DNA of 64,000 nt from a bacterium (GCA_038109055.1 JAYNIM010000003.1:20269-84268), one strand, 5' to 3'; shown: positions 29,978 through 40,717, numbered from the stretch's first letter. Notes: generated from the letters alone by a model not told the origin. Numbers and translations are program-made.

Positions 29978-32900
29978 TCGCCCTTATTATTTTTCATCTT
30001 TATATGAGGGTGCATTGTTGTGCTTGCGTTATTTTTTTTATTCTTATTTTTTGCTTTGTATTTCTGTTTTTTTCCTTCTATTTGCTAAAACTACTCTTGC
30101 TGTTACGCCATCTCCTTTATATGTTCAGGTTATTACGCCCACTGCTGCTATTCAGTTGAATGCCTTTGAACTTTCTAAGGTTATTTATGAAACAGAGAAG
30201 GGGGCCTCTTTTGTTATGTCTGGAGAATCGTTCTTTTTTTATGAAATTACTCTTGCAAATAATCAAAAGGCCTGGATCGATAAAACATTTGTTGCTCTTA
30301 CCAAAACCCCTAGTGAGATTCTTACTCCTTCGTTAATTCGGCTGCCTCAACACTCTCACTATTCTTATGTGCCTAGCCATGTTTATGTAGACCCCCCTGA
30401 CTATCAAAATAAACAGATTCAAAACCTGAATATTGATGGTTTTTATACTATTAACTTTAGTGGTCGTGATTATAACCCTAAAAATACCCTTGATCCTCGT
30501 TGGCAGATTATCAAATCTGATCCGTTATACACAAAATTTCCTGCTGATGTTCTTTTAGGTCCACTGAAACGTGAAGATAGCTTTAAATTTTCCTTGGATA
30601 GTCATATTTCTAAGGATCTCTACCTTTATTTTGATATTGAATCTATTCCAGACTTTCGCTCTAGATGGGATGTTCGTCTACATTTAAAAGAAAATAAATT
30701 AGCTTTTGGTGCTATTGATGCTCAATTTAATAATGGTAGTTACTCTAATCTTAAAAAATCTATTGATGGCGTTAAATATCAACGAGAAACAGATCTCTAT
30801 GCTTTTACTCTAGCAAATGGAAAACAACGTTCTAACCCTCAAAAAGTATCGTTTATGGGTGATGGTGGAAAAAACTACTCACTGCAGCACAGCTCTATTT
30901 TACGAGGTACTGTTAAAGTGTGGGTAGACAACAACCTTCAAACTGAAGGATTGGATGGTGATTATACACTCAATTATTATACGGGGAGGATTTCATTTAC
31001 ATCGATCAAAACAATTACGAATGTTATTGAAATTGTTTACGAGTTCACAAATCCAATTGAAGATTTTCTACCTATCTTAAATCGAAAAGAATTTACGGGA
31101 TTTCAAGCAAGTTTTAATACCCTGCGTCCTGAAAAAAAGGAGGCTGTTGTTGTTGACTATCGTGAAGTCATTCCGAGTCGTTCGATTCAAGCAGGGTTTT
31201 TCCTGACAAAACATAGGCCCCTTATCTTTGATAGTGACTCTCTAACCTTTCCGAACAAAGATCTTCAGCGCAATCACCATTATGTGATGAACTATGATTC
31301 AGGAAAAATAACCTTTTTAACTCCTATCACATCTACTCATAATTTATCTTTACGTTATCAATTCCATAAAAATGATGCTACGACAGACTATTATGTCGGT
31401 AAAGATTCTCCCGGCCCTTTTCAATTGACTCACCCTGATATTATTCGTTCATCTTTATCTGTTTATGTTGCTGGTAAACGTGTTAAAGAAATTAAAGACT
31501 ACCTTATTCTTGATAATGACAATGGGTTTTATGAGATTATTTTTAATTACCCTATCTCTTTTCCACAGTTGATCTCTGTGGCGTATAACTATCGTATTAA
31601 TACCCTCATTCCGGCGCAAAAATCGAAGGAACAATTTACTTTGGGTGTGAATGTTTTTGAAGAAAAAATTCATAATAATGAAACTTCTCTTATTGGTACT
31701 GTAGAGGAACCTGCTATTGTTAGTCAGAATACTATTTATGCCTCTCGTGTGCCGTTGACGGAACTTGCATATTTTCAGGTGTCCTACTTGAACAATGTGG
31801 TTTCTCATAATATTACGGATGCTTATCGTGGTATTATTACCGTTAATGATGCATCGCTAAATGGCAAAAGTGTTTCACTGCGTTACAAGTATAAACGTAG
31901 TGAAACCGCTTTCCTAAGTTTTACAGCCAATAAAGCATCTCATACCTATGAGATTGATAAGTATCATTACAGTAATTTTTTAAACCCAATTCAATATCTA
32001 GGTATTCGAAAAGTAACTGTGCGTGATATCGAACTTGACCCTGGGGATTATTCCGTTGAATGGAGCCAAGATGGACAAAGCTTTACTATTACGTTCTTGC
32101 AATACAATGTTGATACAAATACTGCGCCTCAAACTCAGGTTTTACTTGGAGATAAAATTGACATTCACTATAACTATACGCCTGATGTTGCAGTGACTGG
32201 TTTATTGCAACATCGTCAGTTTGGTTTTACTATTGGTACTCAACTTACAGATCGCTGGCGTGTTGATGGTGAAATTGCTGCTGCTCAAAATAATTTCTCC
32301 AGAAAGATTTCCTTTGTTTCTGAAACACTTCTTGCCTCATCCGCCTCTTCCTTCTCTCTCTCTAAAGGTCCTGTTAAAGAAAATAGTGACTCTGTGTTTT
32401 TAAATACAGGTACCAGTGATTTTCCTATTTGGATACCTGTTAATCAGAATGAATATTATTTAAATTATAATACAGGTCAACTTATCTTTCATTCGACAGT
32501 TGCTCCTAATACTATGATTAAGGTCGAATATGATTATTTTCTTAGTCAAGATTCAGTTGTTCCTGGCACAAACCCAATGTCTTATGCTAAAAAAATTGCC
32601 CTTAGCTATGATAATTCTATATTGAATAGCCATCTGTCCTATCAACATATCGATATAGATTACAAACCTCTTAGCCAAATCAGTGAACGTAACGGTAGCC
32701 GTTTATTGCGTTCTCAATCCACCTGGGAAATCAGTAGTCAAAACCGTATAGAAGCCACGTATAGCCATTCTTCCCAAGAACAAAAATATTATGAACCTGT
32801 TATTCAACATGACTTTTTTACAAAATCAACTCTTAAACTATTTCAATATATTGATGTCGATGCATCCCTGACTTATCATAGTGAAAAAGAAAAATATATT

Positions 32901-35177
32901 ATTCCTGTTTCAGAAGAACGCTACCGTCAAGATTCTCTTTCGTATTCGATCAATGACACATTTTCTGTAGGTCCTAAATTTTTTCGCACTACCTATGCAA
33001 ACTCATATGCTTATTCAAAAAACAACTATATCGATAACATTAATGTTGATACAACCTTAAGTTACGCACATGATATATCCTCGACTCTTTCATTAGATGA
33101 TTTAGCATTTTTAGGCCCTTTTACCTTTACTCCCAGTTTTTATATGTCTATTTTAAAAACAAAAAAACCTTCTTATACTTATGCTTCTTTACAAAAAAAA
33201 TTAAATCAAAGCTATAGTGCCTCTTTTTCTCCATTACGATCTTGGCGAAATAATGTGTCTTATACTGCTGAAAATACGTCCCAAAAAAATGAATCTAAAG
33301 AATTATTACATGACAATTATGCAACAAACTACCATTTTTCTTCTTCATTTTCTCCCGTCTCTTGGTTTTCTAGCGATCTATCTACCTACCATAAAGAGGC
33401 ATTTAGTAAACTTAGTCATACACAATCGTTGATTCAAGATACCTACTCGGTCGGTATTAGTTCATTTAAACCCATTGGTGTTTTACGTCTATTACGTTTA
33501 CGTGATACACATTTTCTTCGTCGTGCTTTGGCTTATACCTATGGTTCAGCAACCTTTTCAAATGACGTTTCTAAACAAAAAGATTCTCTTATTTTGAACA
33601 CTAATAGTATCCAACGTTATACCTTAAGTTCTATTGAGCTTCTTAAAAATGCTGTGCTTAAATCTGTTTCATATGGGCTCACTGATCAACATTATAAAAC
33701 CTTAGAGGCATCTAGCTCTTATCAAACAAGTTCCACTGATTCTCATCTAAAAAATTATGCTTTTTCCTTTTCGTACTTTCCAACCTATCGTTGGCTAAAC
33801 CGTTTTAACTATTCTATCTTTTATAAACATAATACCCAAACTAGTTTGGGGAAGGATGTCTATGAAAATGCTAATTATAAGCTTGTAGAAACGGATACCC
33901 CTTTGTTTGAAAACAAGCAAACATTTCGTCTTAATTCTATCCCTCTGCATTTTTGGGGCTTGGGCTATGTTAGTACTTTTGAGGCTTCGTATGCACTAGA
34001 TAGTCGCTATACGCGTAATGAAACGTCTGTCAACTATCGGCATCCATCAAATTCTTTAGACCCTTATCAACAATTTGATAATTTGCTTTCGACTAGTCAT
34101 TCTGTTACGTCACAATTTTCTAGATATTTTCGTCGCTATAAGTTTGGAAATGTGACGTATTCAACTATTTTTGAGCGTTCGATTTCTGAACAATTAAATT
34201 CATTATCCTACTCGTTTTCTCCTAATAAAAATACCGAATCTTCTGATTTTCGATATAAACATTCTGGCAGCCATACTATTAGCATGAAGCCTTTCTCTCA
34301 ATTTGATCTAACTAGTAAATATCAGTATAGTTCTGAAGATAATACTGTTCATACAACATCAACATTTAAAACATTTCTGGATCAAAATACCTTTTCCATT
34401 TCTAGCGTATTTCCTGTGTTTTGGTCATTGTCTTTAAACACAGGGTTTCAAGAAAATTATTTACTTCAGTATCGAGGTAGTGCAAAACATTTATCAAAGA
34501 ATGATTTATATCAGGCCTATCTTGATACCTATAACGGAACGTTTAGAAATTATTTTATTGAACGACTGTTAAAAGATACCCAGACTTATTCCGTAGGATT
34601 AACATATACTTTCTCTTCTATCTTGAATTTAACAGGCACTCACTCTCAAACTTATACATTAAATAGACATAGAACCTTAAACTCGAATTCTGACCTTAAT
34701 TTTTTGATAATTAAAGAGTCTCTTTTAACAAAATTTTCTCCTCTCAAGGCACTTGATATTGTGTCCGAATTTAGCCTTAATTACAGTAAAAATAAAACTT
34801 TAAATCAACAAATCTTTCAAAAGGGGTACCAACATGTTCTTTCAGTTAGCTACTCTCCAATAAAAACTAGATACTTTAATGTCAATCTTAGCTACTCTAA
34901 AAGTAATAATTGGGGCCAGCTCATTAATAACAATGAACAAGAAGGGGATGAAGTTCTTGAAGGACATACGACTGCAACGTCTATTACGAAACAAAATAAT
35001 AGTCAGGAAATTGGGCAGCTTTCTGTTAATATTACATACCCTTTTCATAAAACACCGCATATTGATAAATTAACAATTACTGGTGAAGGTTACATTAAAC
35101 GAAAGTCAGATCGCTATGAAACGCTTTATAATTATGATCTTTCTGGATTAACTCTTGAGCTCAAACTTCATCTATAA
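29970..35177 (+). CDS. Very large exported, probably outer-membrane, protein with SprA-like repeats
   Basis: 1735 aa: signal-like N-terminus, SH3b-like segment, about six repeats of the DYxxNYxxGxIxF...YxY type, and a Ser/Tyr/Thr-rich beta-strand C-terminal half ending LELKLHL. Confidence 0.65.
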   Translation: MINRPYYFSSLYEGALLCLRYFFYSYFLLCISVFFLLFAKTTLAVTPSPLYVQVITPTAAIQLNAFELSKVIYETEKGASFVMSGESFFFYEITLANNQKAWIDKTFVALTKTPSEILTPSLIRLPQHSHYSYVPSHVYVDPPDYQNKQIQNLNIDGFYTINFSGRDYNPKNTLDPRWQIIKSDPLYTKFPADVLLGPLKREDSFKFSLDSHISKDLYLYFDIESIPDFRSRWDVRLHLKENKLAFGAIDAQFNNGSYSNLKKSIDGVKYQRETDLYAFTLANGKQRSNPQKVSFMGDGGKNYSLQHSSILRGTVKVWVDNNLQTEGLDGDYTLNYYTGRISFTSIKTITNVIEIVYEFTNPIEDFLPILNRKEFTGFQASFNTLRPEKKEAVVVDYREVIPSRSIQAGFFLTKHRPLIFDSDSLTFPNKDLQRNHHYVMNYDSGKITFLTPITSTHNLSLRYQFHKNDATTDYYVGKDSPGPFQLTHPDIIRSSLSVYVAGKRVKEIKDYLILDNDNGFYEIIFNYPISFPQLISVAYNYRINTLIPAQKSKEQFTLGVNVFEEKIHNNETSLIGTVEEPAIVSQNTIYASRVPLTELAYFQVSYLNNVVSHNITDAYRGIITVNDASLNGKSVSLRYKYKRSETAFLSFTANKASHTYEIDKYHYSNFLNPIQYLGIRKVTVRDIELDPGDYSVEWSQDGQSFTITFLQYNVDTNTAPQTQVLLGDKIDIHYNYTPDVAVTGLLQHRQFGFTIGTQLTDRWRVDGEIAAAQNNFSRKISFVSETLLASSASSFSLSKGPVKENSDSVFLNTGTSDFPIWIPVNQNEYYLNYNTGQLIFHSTVAPNTMIKVEYDYFLSQDSVVPGTNPMSYAKKIALSYDNSILNSHLSYQHIDIDYKPLSQISERNGSRLLRSQSTWEISSQNRIEATYSHSSQEQKYYEPVIQHDFFTKSTLKLFQYIDVDASLTYHSEKEKYIIPVSEERYRQDSLSYSINDTFSVGPKFFRTTYANSYAYSKNNYIDNINVDTTLSYAHDISSTLSLDDLAFLGPFTFTPSFYMSILKTKKPSYTYASLQKKLNQSYSASFSPLRSWRNNVSYTAENTSQKNESKELLHDNYATNYHFSSSFSPVSWFSSDLSTYHKEAFSKLSHTQSLIQDTYSVGISSFKPIGVLRLLRLRDTHFLRRALAYTYGSATFSNDVSKQKDSLILNTNSIQRYTLSSIELLKNAVLKSVSYGLTDQHYKTLEASSSYQTSSTDSHLKNYAFSFSYFPTYRWLNRFNYSIFYKHNTQTSLGKDVYENANYKLVETDTPLFENKQTFRLNSIPLHFWGLGYVSTFEASYALDSRYTRNETSVNYRHPSNSLDPYQQFDNLLSTSHSVTSQFSRYFRRYKFGNVTYSTIFERSISEQLNSLSYSFSPNKNTESSDFRYKHSGSHTISMKPFSQFDLTSKYQYSSEDNTVHTTSTFKTFLDQNTFSISSVFPVFWSLSLNTGFQENYLLQYRGSAKHLSKNDLYQAYLDTYNGTFRNYFIERLLKDTQTYSVGLTYTFSSILNLTGTHSQTYTLNRHRTLNSNSDLNFLIIKESLLTKFSPLKALDIVSEFSLNYSKNKTLNQQIFQKGYQHVLSVSYSPIKTRYFNVNLSYSKSNNWGQLINNNEQEGDEVLEGHTTATSITKQNNSQEIGQLSVNITYPFHKTPHIDKLTITGEGYIKRKSDRYETLYNYDLSGLTLELKLHL

Positions 35178-35205
35178 TGGCAATGTGTCACACTGCTCAT
35201 TTAGC

Positions 35206-35718
35206 CTATTTCCTGTATGTTTTGTTTGTCTTAGCTAAGGCCTTATTTCTCTTGATCTCATATATTCCGCCGATCGCAACGGCTAGTGCATCACAAACAT
35301 CGTCTGGCTTTGGTGCTGATTTTAAATTTAGAAGTCGCATTACCATGTATTCTACTTGTTTTTTTGTTGCTCTTCCGTAACCACAAACCGCCATTTTTAC
35401 CTGTAGAGGTGTCAGGGATATCGGTGAACAACCATATTGTTCACATTTTAAAACAAGTGCTCCTCTGGCTTGTGCAACATTTATCGCTGTTTTTGTATTG
35501 GTGTTGAAAAATAACGATTCAATTGCAATACCATCTGGTTTATAGTGATCCAAAATTTGACTTAACTGTTGTGAAATTGATAGCAATCTCTCTGAAAATG
35601 CTTGCTTTGCGTCAGTTATAATTGCCTTGTAATACAAGGCCTTGGTCTTGTTTCCTGTAGATTCAATAACAGCAATACCAACAATTGCGTATCCAGGATC
35701 AATTCCTAATATAATCAC
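35206..35718 (-). CDS. ruvC: Holliday junction resolvase
   Basis: ILGIDPG, IESLFF..N, QARG, TPLQVK.AV.GYG.ATK.QV, PDD..DALAVA. Confidence 0.97.
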   Translation of the reverse strand: MIILGIDPGYAIVGIAVIESTGNKTKALYYKAIITDAKQAFSERLLSISQQLSQILDHYKPDGIAIESLFFNTNTKTAINVAQARGALVLKCEQYGCSPISLTPLQVKMAVCGYGRATKKQVEYMVMRLLNLKSAPKPDDVCDALAVAIGGIYEIKRNKALAKTNKTYRK

Positions 35719-35721
35719 ATT

Positions 35722-36669
35722 CTAAACGATTTGAACCTCTAAAAAGGTAATATGTATATAAATTTCTTCTTTGGGCCTTAGCGGCTGTTTAAATATTACT
35801 TTTTGTACTGACTTCACTTCACATTGATCTACAATACCTTCTACATCATGCCAAGCTTTTAATTCTGTATTTTTGAGTTCCGCTATCATACCGTAATGAC
35901 TTTTATATAGTTTTGCGTTTACTTTCATTGTGATATGACCGCGAATATCTCTCTCTTTTAACCATAATAATACTGTATCTTCGATTGACGTTACTTGTAA
36001 TACGCCCATTAATAATGGATTGCCTGGAAAATGACCTTTATTGCAAATATGGGTTTCGGGGAAAAAATAGCTTGCCCATGCCTCTGTTTCTGATGAAAAA
36101 AATAGTTCATCTGTTATGACTAAGTCTGGATGCTTTAGATCGCTGTTTTTGTTTGCCACTTTCTTGCAATTAGAGGATGGAATGGTCAGTGCTTGTTTTT
36201 GTACTTCTTGTGAAATATCATCATTATCTTTTATGTAGTAAGCAACCATTTCTCCCTGTGCAAGCCTTTGTTGATTACTATCGTATAATTGTCCTGAATA
36301 TTTATGAAATCCTCTTTTATTACCCAGGCTATGTACCGTACCTTGTAAGCTTGTATTAATATAAAAGTCCTTCTCTTTTGTGTATTTGGCTGCACTTGCG
36401 AAAATAATCAAATCGTCTTTCGTCACACCTTTTGTAGATGCGATAGCTCCCAAGGCTAATACCTCAAGATATAATGCTGAGAGTAAACAATAACGGCCAT
36501 GTTCTTTTTGACGAAAGAAAATATGTCTGTTTAATAGATCATTTTTTTCTATTTTTAACTGTAATTCTCCTGGATGATTTGGTTCTGCTATTTTTACCTT
36601 ATCTAATAATAAATTTTCATATCGATGTCTTATCTTTTCTTTAATCCCGTCTTGATGTAATTGTGTCAT
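35722..36669 (-). CDS. Double-hotdog FabA/FabZ-like dehydratase
   Basis: N-domain HRYENLLLDKV...YLEVLA; C-domain GHFPGNPLLMGVL...FKQPLRP. Confidence 0.7.
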   Translation of the reverse strand: MTQLHQDGIKEKIRHRYENLLLDKVKIAEPNHPGELQLKIEKNDLLNRHIFFRQKEHGRYCLLSALYLEVLALGAIASTKGVTKDDLIIFASAAKYTKEKDFYINTSLQGTVHSLGNKRGFHKYSGQLYDSNQQRLAQGEMVAYYIKDNDDISQEVQKQALTIPSSNCKKVANKNSDLKHPDLVITDELFFSSETEAWASYFFPETHICNKGHFPGNPLLMGVLQVTSIEDTVLLWLKERDIRGHITMKVNAKLYKSHYGMIAELKNTELKAWHDVEGIVDQCEVKSVQKVIFKQPLRPKEEIYIHITFLEVQIV

Positions 36670-36689
36670 GTCTTTATCTTTAATATATC

Positions 36690-37442
36690 TTAGTTTGATT
36701 CAATAATTAGTGTCTTTAGCTTTAAAATTGATTTTCCCAAAAGTCGTGAAATATGCATCTGTGATAATCCTAACCTATCTGCAATTTGTGTTTGTGATAA
36801 GCCTCCATAATACCTTAAATACACTATACGGCGTTCTCGTTTTGTTAGCTTATAAATAGCTTCTTTAAGTGTTTCTTTATTAAGTAAACTATCCTCTTTA
36901 CCTATCACCCCTAAACGGTTCATGATATTTTCATTTTGATTGCCTTGATTAGACAACTGATTATGGGTGTATGTGGGTGTGTCTAAAGATATTGTTCGTG
37001 TATTTTGACCTGCTTCCATTGCTTCTAAAACGAGTTCTTCACTTACATCTAATTTTTGGGCTAAAACTTTCAATGTGGGTTGTTTTTGATCGTTTTGCAT
37101 ATCTCTGACTATTGTTTTTATTTTTGCATAAACCTCTTGTAGGCGTCGTGGTACTTTGATTAATTTATTTTTATCTCTAAAATAATGTTTAATTTCTCCA
37201 ATGATATTCGGTGTTACAAATGTTGCAAAATCTATATTTTTATTTATATCATAGCGGTCTAAACAGCGTATTAGCGCAATATTCCCGATTTGAATTAAAT
37301 CGTCCAAATCATCTATATTGTAGGCTAATTTTCTTGCAATGTATTCTACTAATGGCTTAAAGGTTATTGAGATTTTTTCAAGTAATTCTATGCTTTTATT
37401 TTTGTAATAAAGCTTAACTAACTCTTGCTGCTTATTTTTCAC
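36690..37442 (-). CDS. SigB/SigF/SigG-family RNA polymerase sigma factor
   Basis: DDLIQIG.IAL...DRYD, FATF..P.IIGEIKHYFRD, KVPR, LSQTQIA.RLGLSQMHISRL. Confidence 0.93.
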   Translation of the reverse strand: MKNKQQELVKLYYKNKSIELLEKISITFKPLVEYIARKLAYNIDDLDDLIQIGNIALIRCLDRYDINKNIDFATFVTPNIIGEIKHYFRDKNKLIKVPRRLQEVYAKIKTIVRDMQNDQKQPTLKVLAQKLDVSEELVLEAMEAGQNTRTISLDTPTYTHNQLSNQGNQNENIMNRLGVIGKEDSLLNKETLKEAIYKLTKRERRIVYLRYYGGLSQTQIADRLGLSQMHISRLLGKSILKLKTLIIESN

Positions 37443-37508
37443 TCGTTATTAATCCTAGAATATAGAAATTAGTATATTATTATATCCATTGCTATACTCT
37501 CAAACAAG

Positions 37509-38681
37509 ATGTATTCATTCGACTCTCGAAAAATCACTCCGGGTGATACGTTCTTATGTTTACCAGGTGCAGAACGTTACATAGAACACGCCATGCGAAA
37601 TGGTGCTGTTGATCATGTTCATCTAGATCGACAAACGTTGGCAGTGTTTGCTAAATATTATTTTTCCTGTCCTGATGAGCAGCTTTTTATCATTGGTATT
37701 ACTGGTACAAATGGTAAAACAACCATTTCGCACATGGTCCATCAGACACTTGTCTCTCTTGGTCATAATAGCTTACTATTGGGAACCTTACACTCTCCCT
37801 TAACTACCATGGAAAGTTGGGATCTTTTCTCTTGTTTTTATGATCATTTGTGGAAAGGTGGGACACATGTAGTCATGGAAGTATCCTCTCATGGTATCGC
37901 ACAGCATCGCATTTTTGGTATTGATTTTAATATTAAATGCTTAAGTAATATTAGTCAGGATCATTTAGACTTTCATCATACCTTTGCTGCCTATAAAGCA
38001 TGTAAACTATCCTTTATGAATGCCTCTTCTTGTGTCAAAGTTTTTCCACTTGAGGTTTCTCGACTTTCTTTGCCTTTTAAAAATCCGTTACTAGGTCATT
38101 TTAACTTAAATAATGTCAAAGCTGCTTATCGTATTTTGCAACACTGTGATTTACCTAACGATTTGATTTGTCAATCTTTAAAGAAAACAACGGGTGTCTG
38201 TGGTCGTTTTGAAGCTATTAAAAATTCATTATCTTTGCAAATTTTCATTGATTTTGCCCATACTCCGGCTGCGTTGAAAGCTTTGTTAACCTCCGGCCGT
38301 TTGCTTGCTAAAAAAACCTGTGGCCGTTTGTGGATTGTTTTTGGCTGTGGAGGTAATCGTGATCAAAATAAGCGTGCAAAAATGGGGGCTATTGCTTCAT
38401 CTATTTCAGATGTTATTGTGCTTTGTAATGATAATCCACGAAATGAGGATCCTGCCCGTATTATTCAGGATATTTGTCAGGGTATTCAACATTCTTGTTT
38501 TAAGGTTATACCAGATCGAAAAAAAGCTATCTTTCATGCTGTGCAGCATATAACGCCTAATGATATACTTTTAGTGGCTGGAAAAGGTCACGAATCTCAA
38601 CAGATTACTCGAGGTCGATCCATTCCGTTTTCTGATAAAGAGGTTATATTGTCTGCTTTGACGCTATTGAAAAAAAAATAA
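37509..38681 (+). CDS. murE: UDP-MurNAc-dipeptide:diaminopimelate ligase (compact)
   Basis: DSRK, ITGTNGKTT, MEVSSH, DHLDFH, DFAHTP, FGCGGNRD, DNPRNE (DAP-type motif), AGKGHE. Confidence 0.93.
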   Translation: MYSFDSRKITPGDTFLCLPGAERYIEHAMRNGAVDHVHLDRQTLAVFAKYYFSCPDEQLFIIGITGTNGKTTISHMVHQTLVSLGHNSLLLGTLHSPLTTMESWDLFSCFYDHLWKGGTHVVMEVSSHGIAQHRIFGIDFNIKCLSNISQDHLDFHHTFAAYKACKLSFMNASSCVKVFPLEVSRLSLPFKNPLLGHFNLNNVKAAYRILQHCDLPNDLICQSLKKTTGVCGRFEAIKNSLSLQIFIDFAHTPAALKALLTSGRLLAKKTCGRLWIVFGCGGNRDQNKRAKMGAIASSISDVIVLCNDNPRNEDPARIIQDICQGIQHSCFKVIPDRKKAIFHAVQHITPNDILLVAGKGHESQQITRGRSIPFSDKEVILSALTLLKKK

Positions 38682-39805
38682 TGGATATTTCTATTGATTC
38701 GCGAACTATTCAAAAAGGGCAATATTTTATTCCTGTTAAAGGAAAGAATTATGATGGACGAGACTTTATCAAAGAGGCTGTATCTAAGGGTGGTATTTTA
38801 TTGGATGTGGATCTACAGAAGTATACTAAATCCTATCGAAAAAAGTTATCTGCTACTGTTATTGCTGTAACTGGATCTGTGGGTAAAACAACGTGCTGTC
38901 AGATGCTTTATTCTCTGTTACGACCTTATTTTAATACGGTTTGTACTACGGGAAACCAAAATAATGATATTGGGGTTCCGTTAACTATATTACGTGCAGA
39001 TTTTCAAACAGAAATCTTAATTTTAGAGCTGGGTATTCGTCAAAAATCTGATATGTTACCTTTAGTTCAAGTTTGCCGTCCCTCACTATCTATTGTGACA
39101 GGAATTTCCTACTGCCATATGGCTTTTTACCGTTCTTTAAAGCAGCTAGCACTTGCTAAATCTACTATTTTTCAAAAACCTTTATCTTGGGAACAATTAA
39201 ACCGTACTGCTCTTATTCCTTCCGATAATGTCTTTTTTGATGTGTTATCAGAAAAAGCTCAGCGAGCTGAGTATAAGGTTAGGGCCTTTCATGGTGATTC
39301 GCCTAGAGCCGCAATGCTTGATCTTTGCTATCAAGTGGGCCGATACTTTTCTTTAGATGAATCACAGATAACCCAGGGGCTTAGTAATTTTATTTCACTT
39401 GAACAACGTTTAAAAAAAATTACCCTCTCTAAATGTACTCTTTATGATGATACCTACAATGCAAACCCTGCTAGTGTCCTCTATGCCTTAGATGTCCTCA
39501 AACCACTTAGTAGCCGTAAACTTTTTGTTTTGGGGGATATGCTTGAATTGGGATCTTTTACTGATCTTGCTTATAGCCAAATGTATCTCCCTATGATCGA
39601 TGCTGATATATCACTTTTCATTTCTTGTGGGAATATTGTTCCTAAAGTTCCAGATACTATTTCCTCGCTTCATTTTCATCATAAAGACTTGTTACATGCT
39701 TATCTAAAGGATGAAATCATACCTGGTGATACTATCCTGATAAAAGGGTCCCGATTAAGTCGTATGGAGGATACGGTTTCATACCTTAAGACCCATGTTT
39801 CTTAA
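38681..39805 (+). CDS. murF: UDP-MurNAc-tripeptide:D-Ala-D-Ala ligase (compact)
   Basis: IDSR, VTGSVGKTT, NNDIGVPLT, DTYNANP, GDMLELG, KGSR..RME. Confidence 0.93.
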   Translation: MDISIDSRTIQKGQYFIPVKGKNYDGRDFIKEAVSKGGILLDVDLQKYTKSYRKKLSATVIAVTGSVGKTTCCQMLYSLLRPYFNTVCTTGNQNNDIGVPLTILRADFQTEILILELGIRQKSDMLPLVQVCRPSLSIVTGISYCHMAFYRSLKQLALAKSTIFQKPLSWEQLNRTALIPSDNVFFDVLSEKAQRAEYKVRAFHGDSPRAAMLDLCYQVGRYFSLDESQITQGLSNFISLEQRLKKITLSKCTLYDDTYNANPASVLYALDVLKPLSSRKLFVLGDMLELGSFTDLAYSQMYLPMIDADISLFISCGNIVPKVPDTISSLHFHHKDLLHAYLKDEIIPGDTILIKGSRLSRMEDTVSYLKTHVS

Positions 39806-40706
39806 ATTATTCTTTATCTTTATAACGTCTTTATTTTGTTTTTGGGCCTTGATATATATTTTAAACAAACGACATATTTTTCAGTACATCTACAAGCTTA
39901 CACCACCTACACATCAACACAAAACACATATTCCTTCGTTTGGTGGTTGTGTATTTTTATTGATGATAATCCTGTCTTATTTTCTTTTTGAGTTTACGAC
40001 GCCTAAAATAGGGTGGATTTTGTGTTGTTTTTTCACCTTTAGCCTTATTGGATTTGGAGATGATCTTATATCAGCGTTACGCCACAAAAATGATGGCTTA
40101 TCTGCAAAAGCTAAATTTTTGCTTCAATGTCTCTCCGCCTGTTTACTCATGCTTTATTTTCATTTTTACATTGAACCACTTTCCTTGTTTTATTTTTTAT
40201 TTTTTATTTTTTTATTTGTTGCAACGTCTAATGCTTGTAATCTTAGTGATGGTCTGGATGGTTTATTAACTGGTTCTAGCCTCATTTCTTTAGGAAGTTT
40301 TTCCTTATTATTTTTCCATATGCAACTCCCCATCTTCAGCCTCTTTTGTTTTTGTCTCATGAGTATTTTAAGTGCTTTTTTGTTTTTTAATCGTCATCCT
40401 GCTGTCTTGTTTATGGGTGATACAGGCTCATTGGCTTTAGGTGCTTTCTTTGTTGCTCTTGCTTGTTGTGCCAATAATCCATGGGTTTTACTTGCGTTTG
40501 CAGCGCTCTTTCTGATAGAGGCACTTTCTGTCATTCTTCAGGTTAGCTATTTTAAAACAACTAAAAAACGTTTCTTTCTTATGGCACCTTTACATCATCA
40601 CTTTGAATGTCTTGGTTTAAACGAACGACATATTGTTCTTATTTTTTGGATTATACATCTGCTTTTTTGCAGTATATACTTAGTAAAGTTATTTAATTTT
40701 ATGTAA
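39795..40706 (+). CDS. mraY: Phospho-MurNAc-pentapeptide transferase
   Basis: PSFGG, GDD, SNACNLSDGLDGL, FMGDTGSL, MAPLHHHFE. Confidence 0.95.
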   Translation: MFLKLFFIFITSLFCFWALIYILNKRHIFQYIYKLTPPTHQHKTHIPSFGGCVFLLMIILSYFLFEFTTPKIGWILCCFFTFSLIGFGDDLISALRHKNDGLSAKAKFLLQCLSACLLMLYFHFYIEPLSLFYFLFFIFLFVATSNACNLSDGLDGLLTGSSLISLGSFSLLFFHMQLPIFSLFCFCLMSILSAFLFFNRHPAVLFMGDTGSLALGAFFVALACCANNPWVLLAFAALFLIEALSVILQVSYFKTTKKRFFLMAPLHHHFECLGLNERHIVLIFWIIHLLFCSIYLVKLFNFM

Positions 40707-40717
40707 AGGATGGTTGT

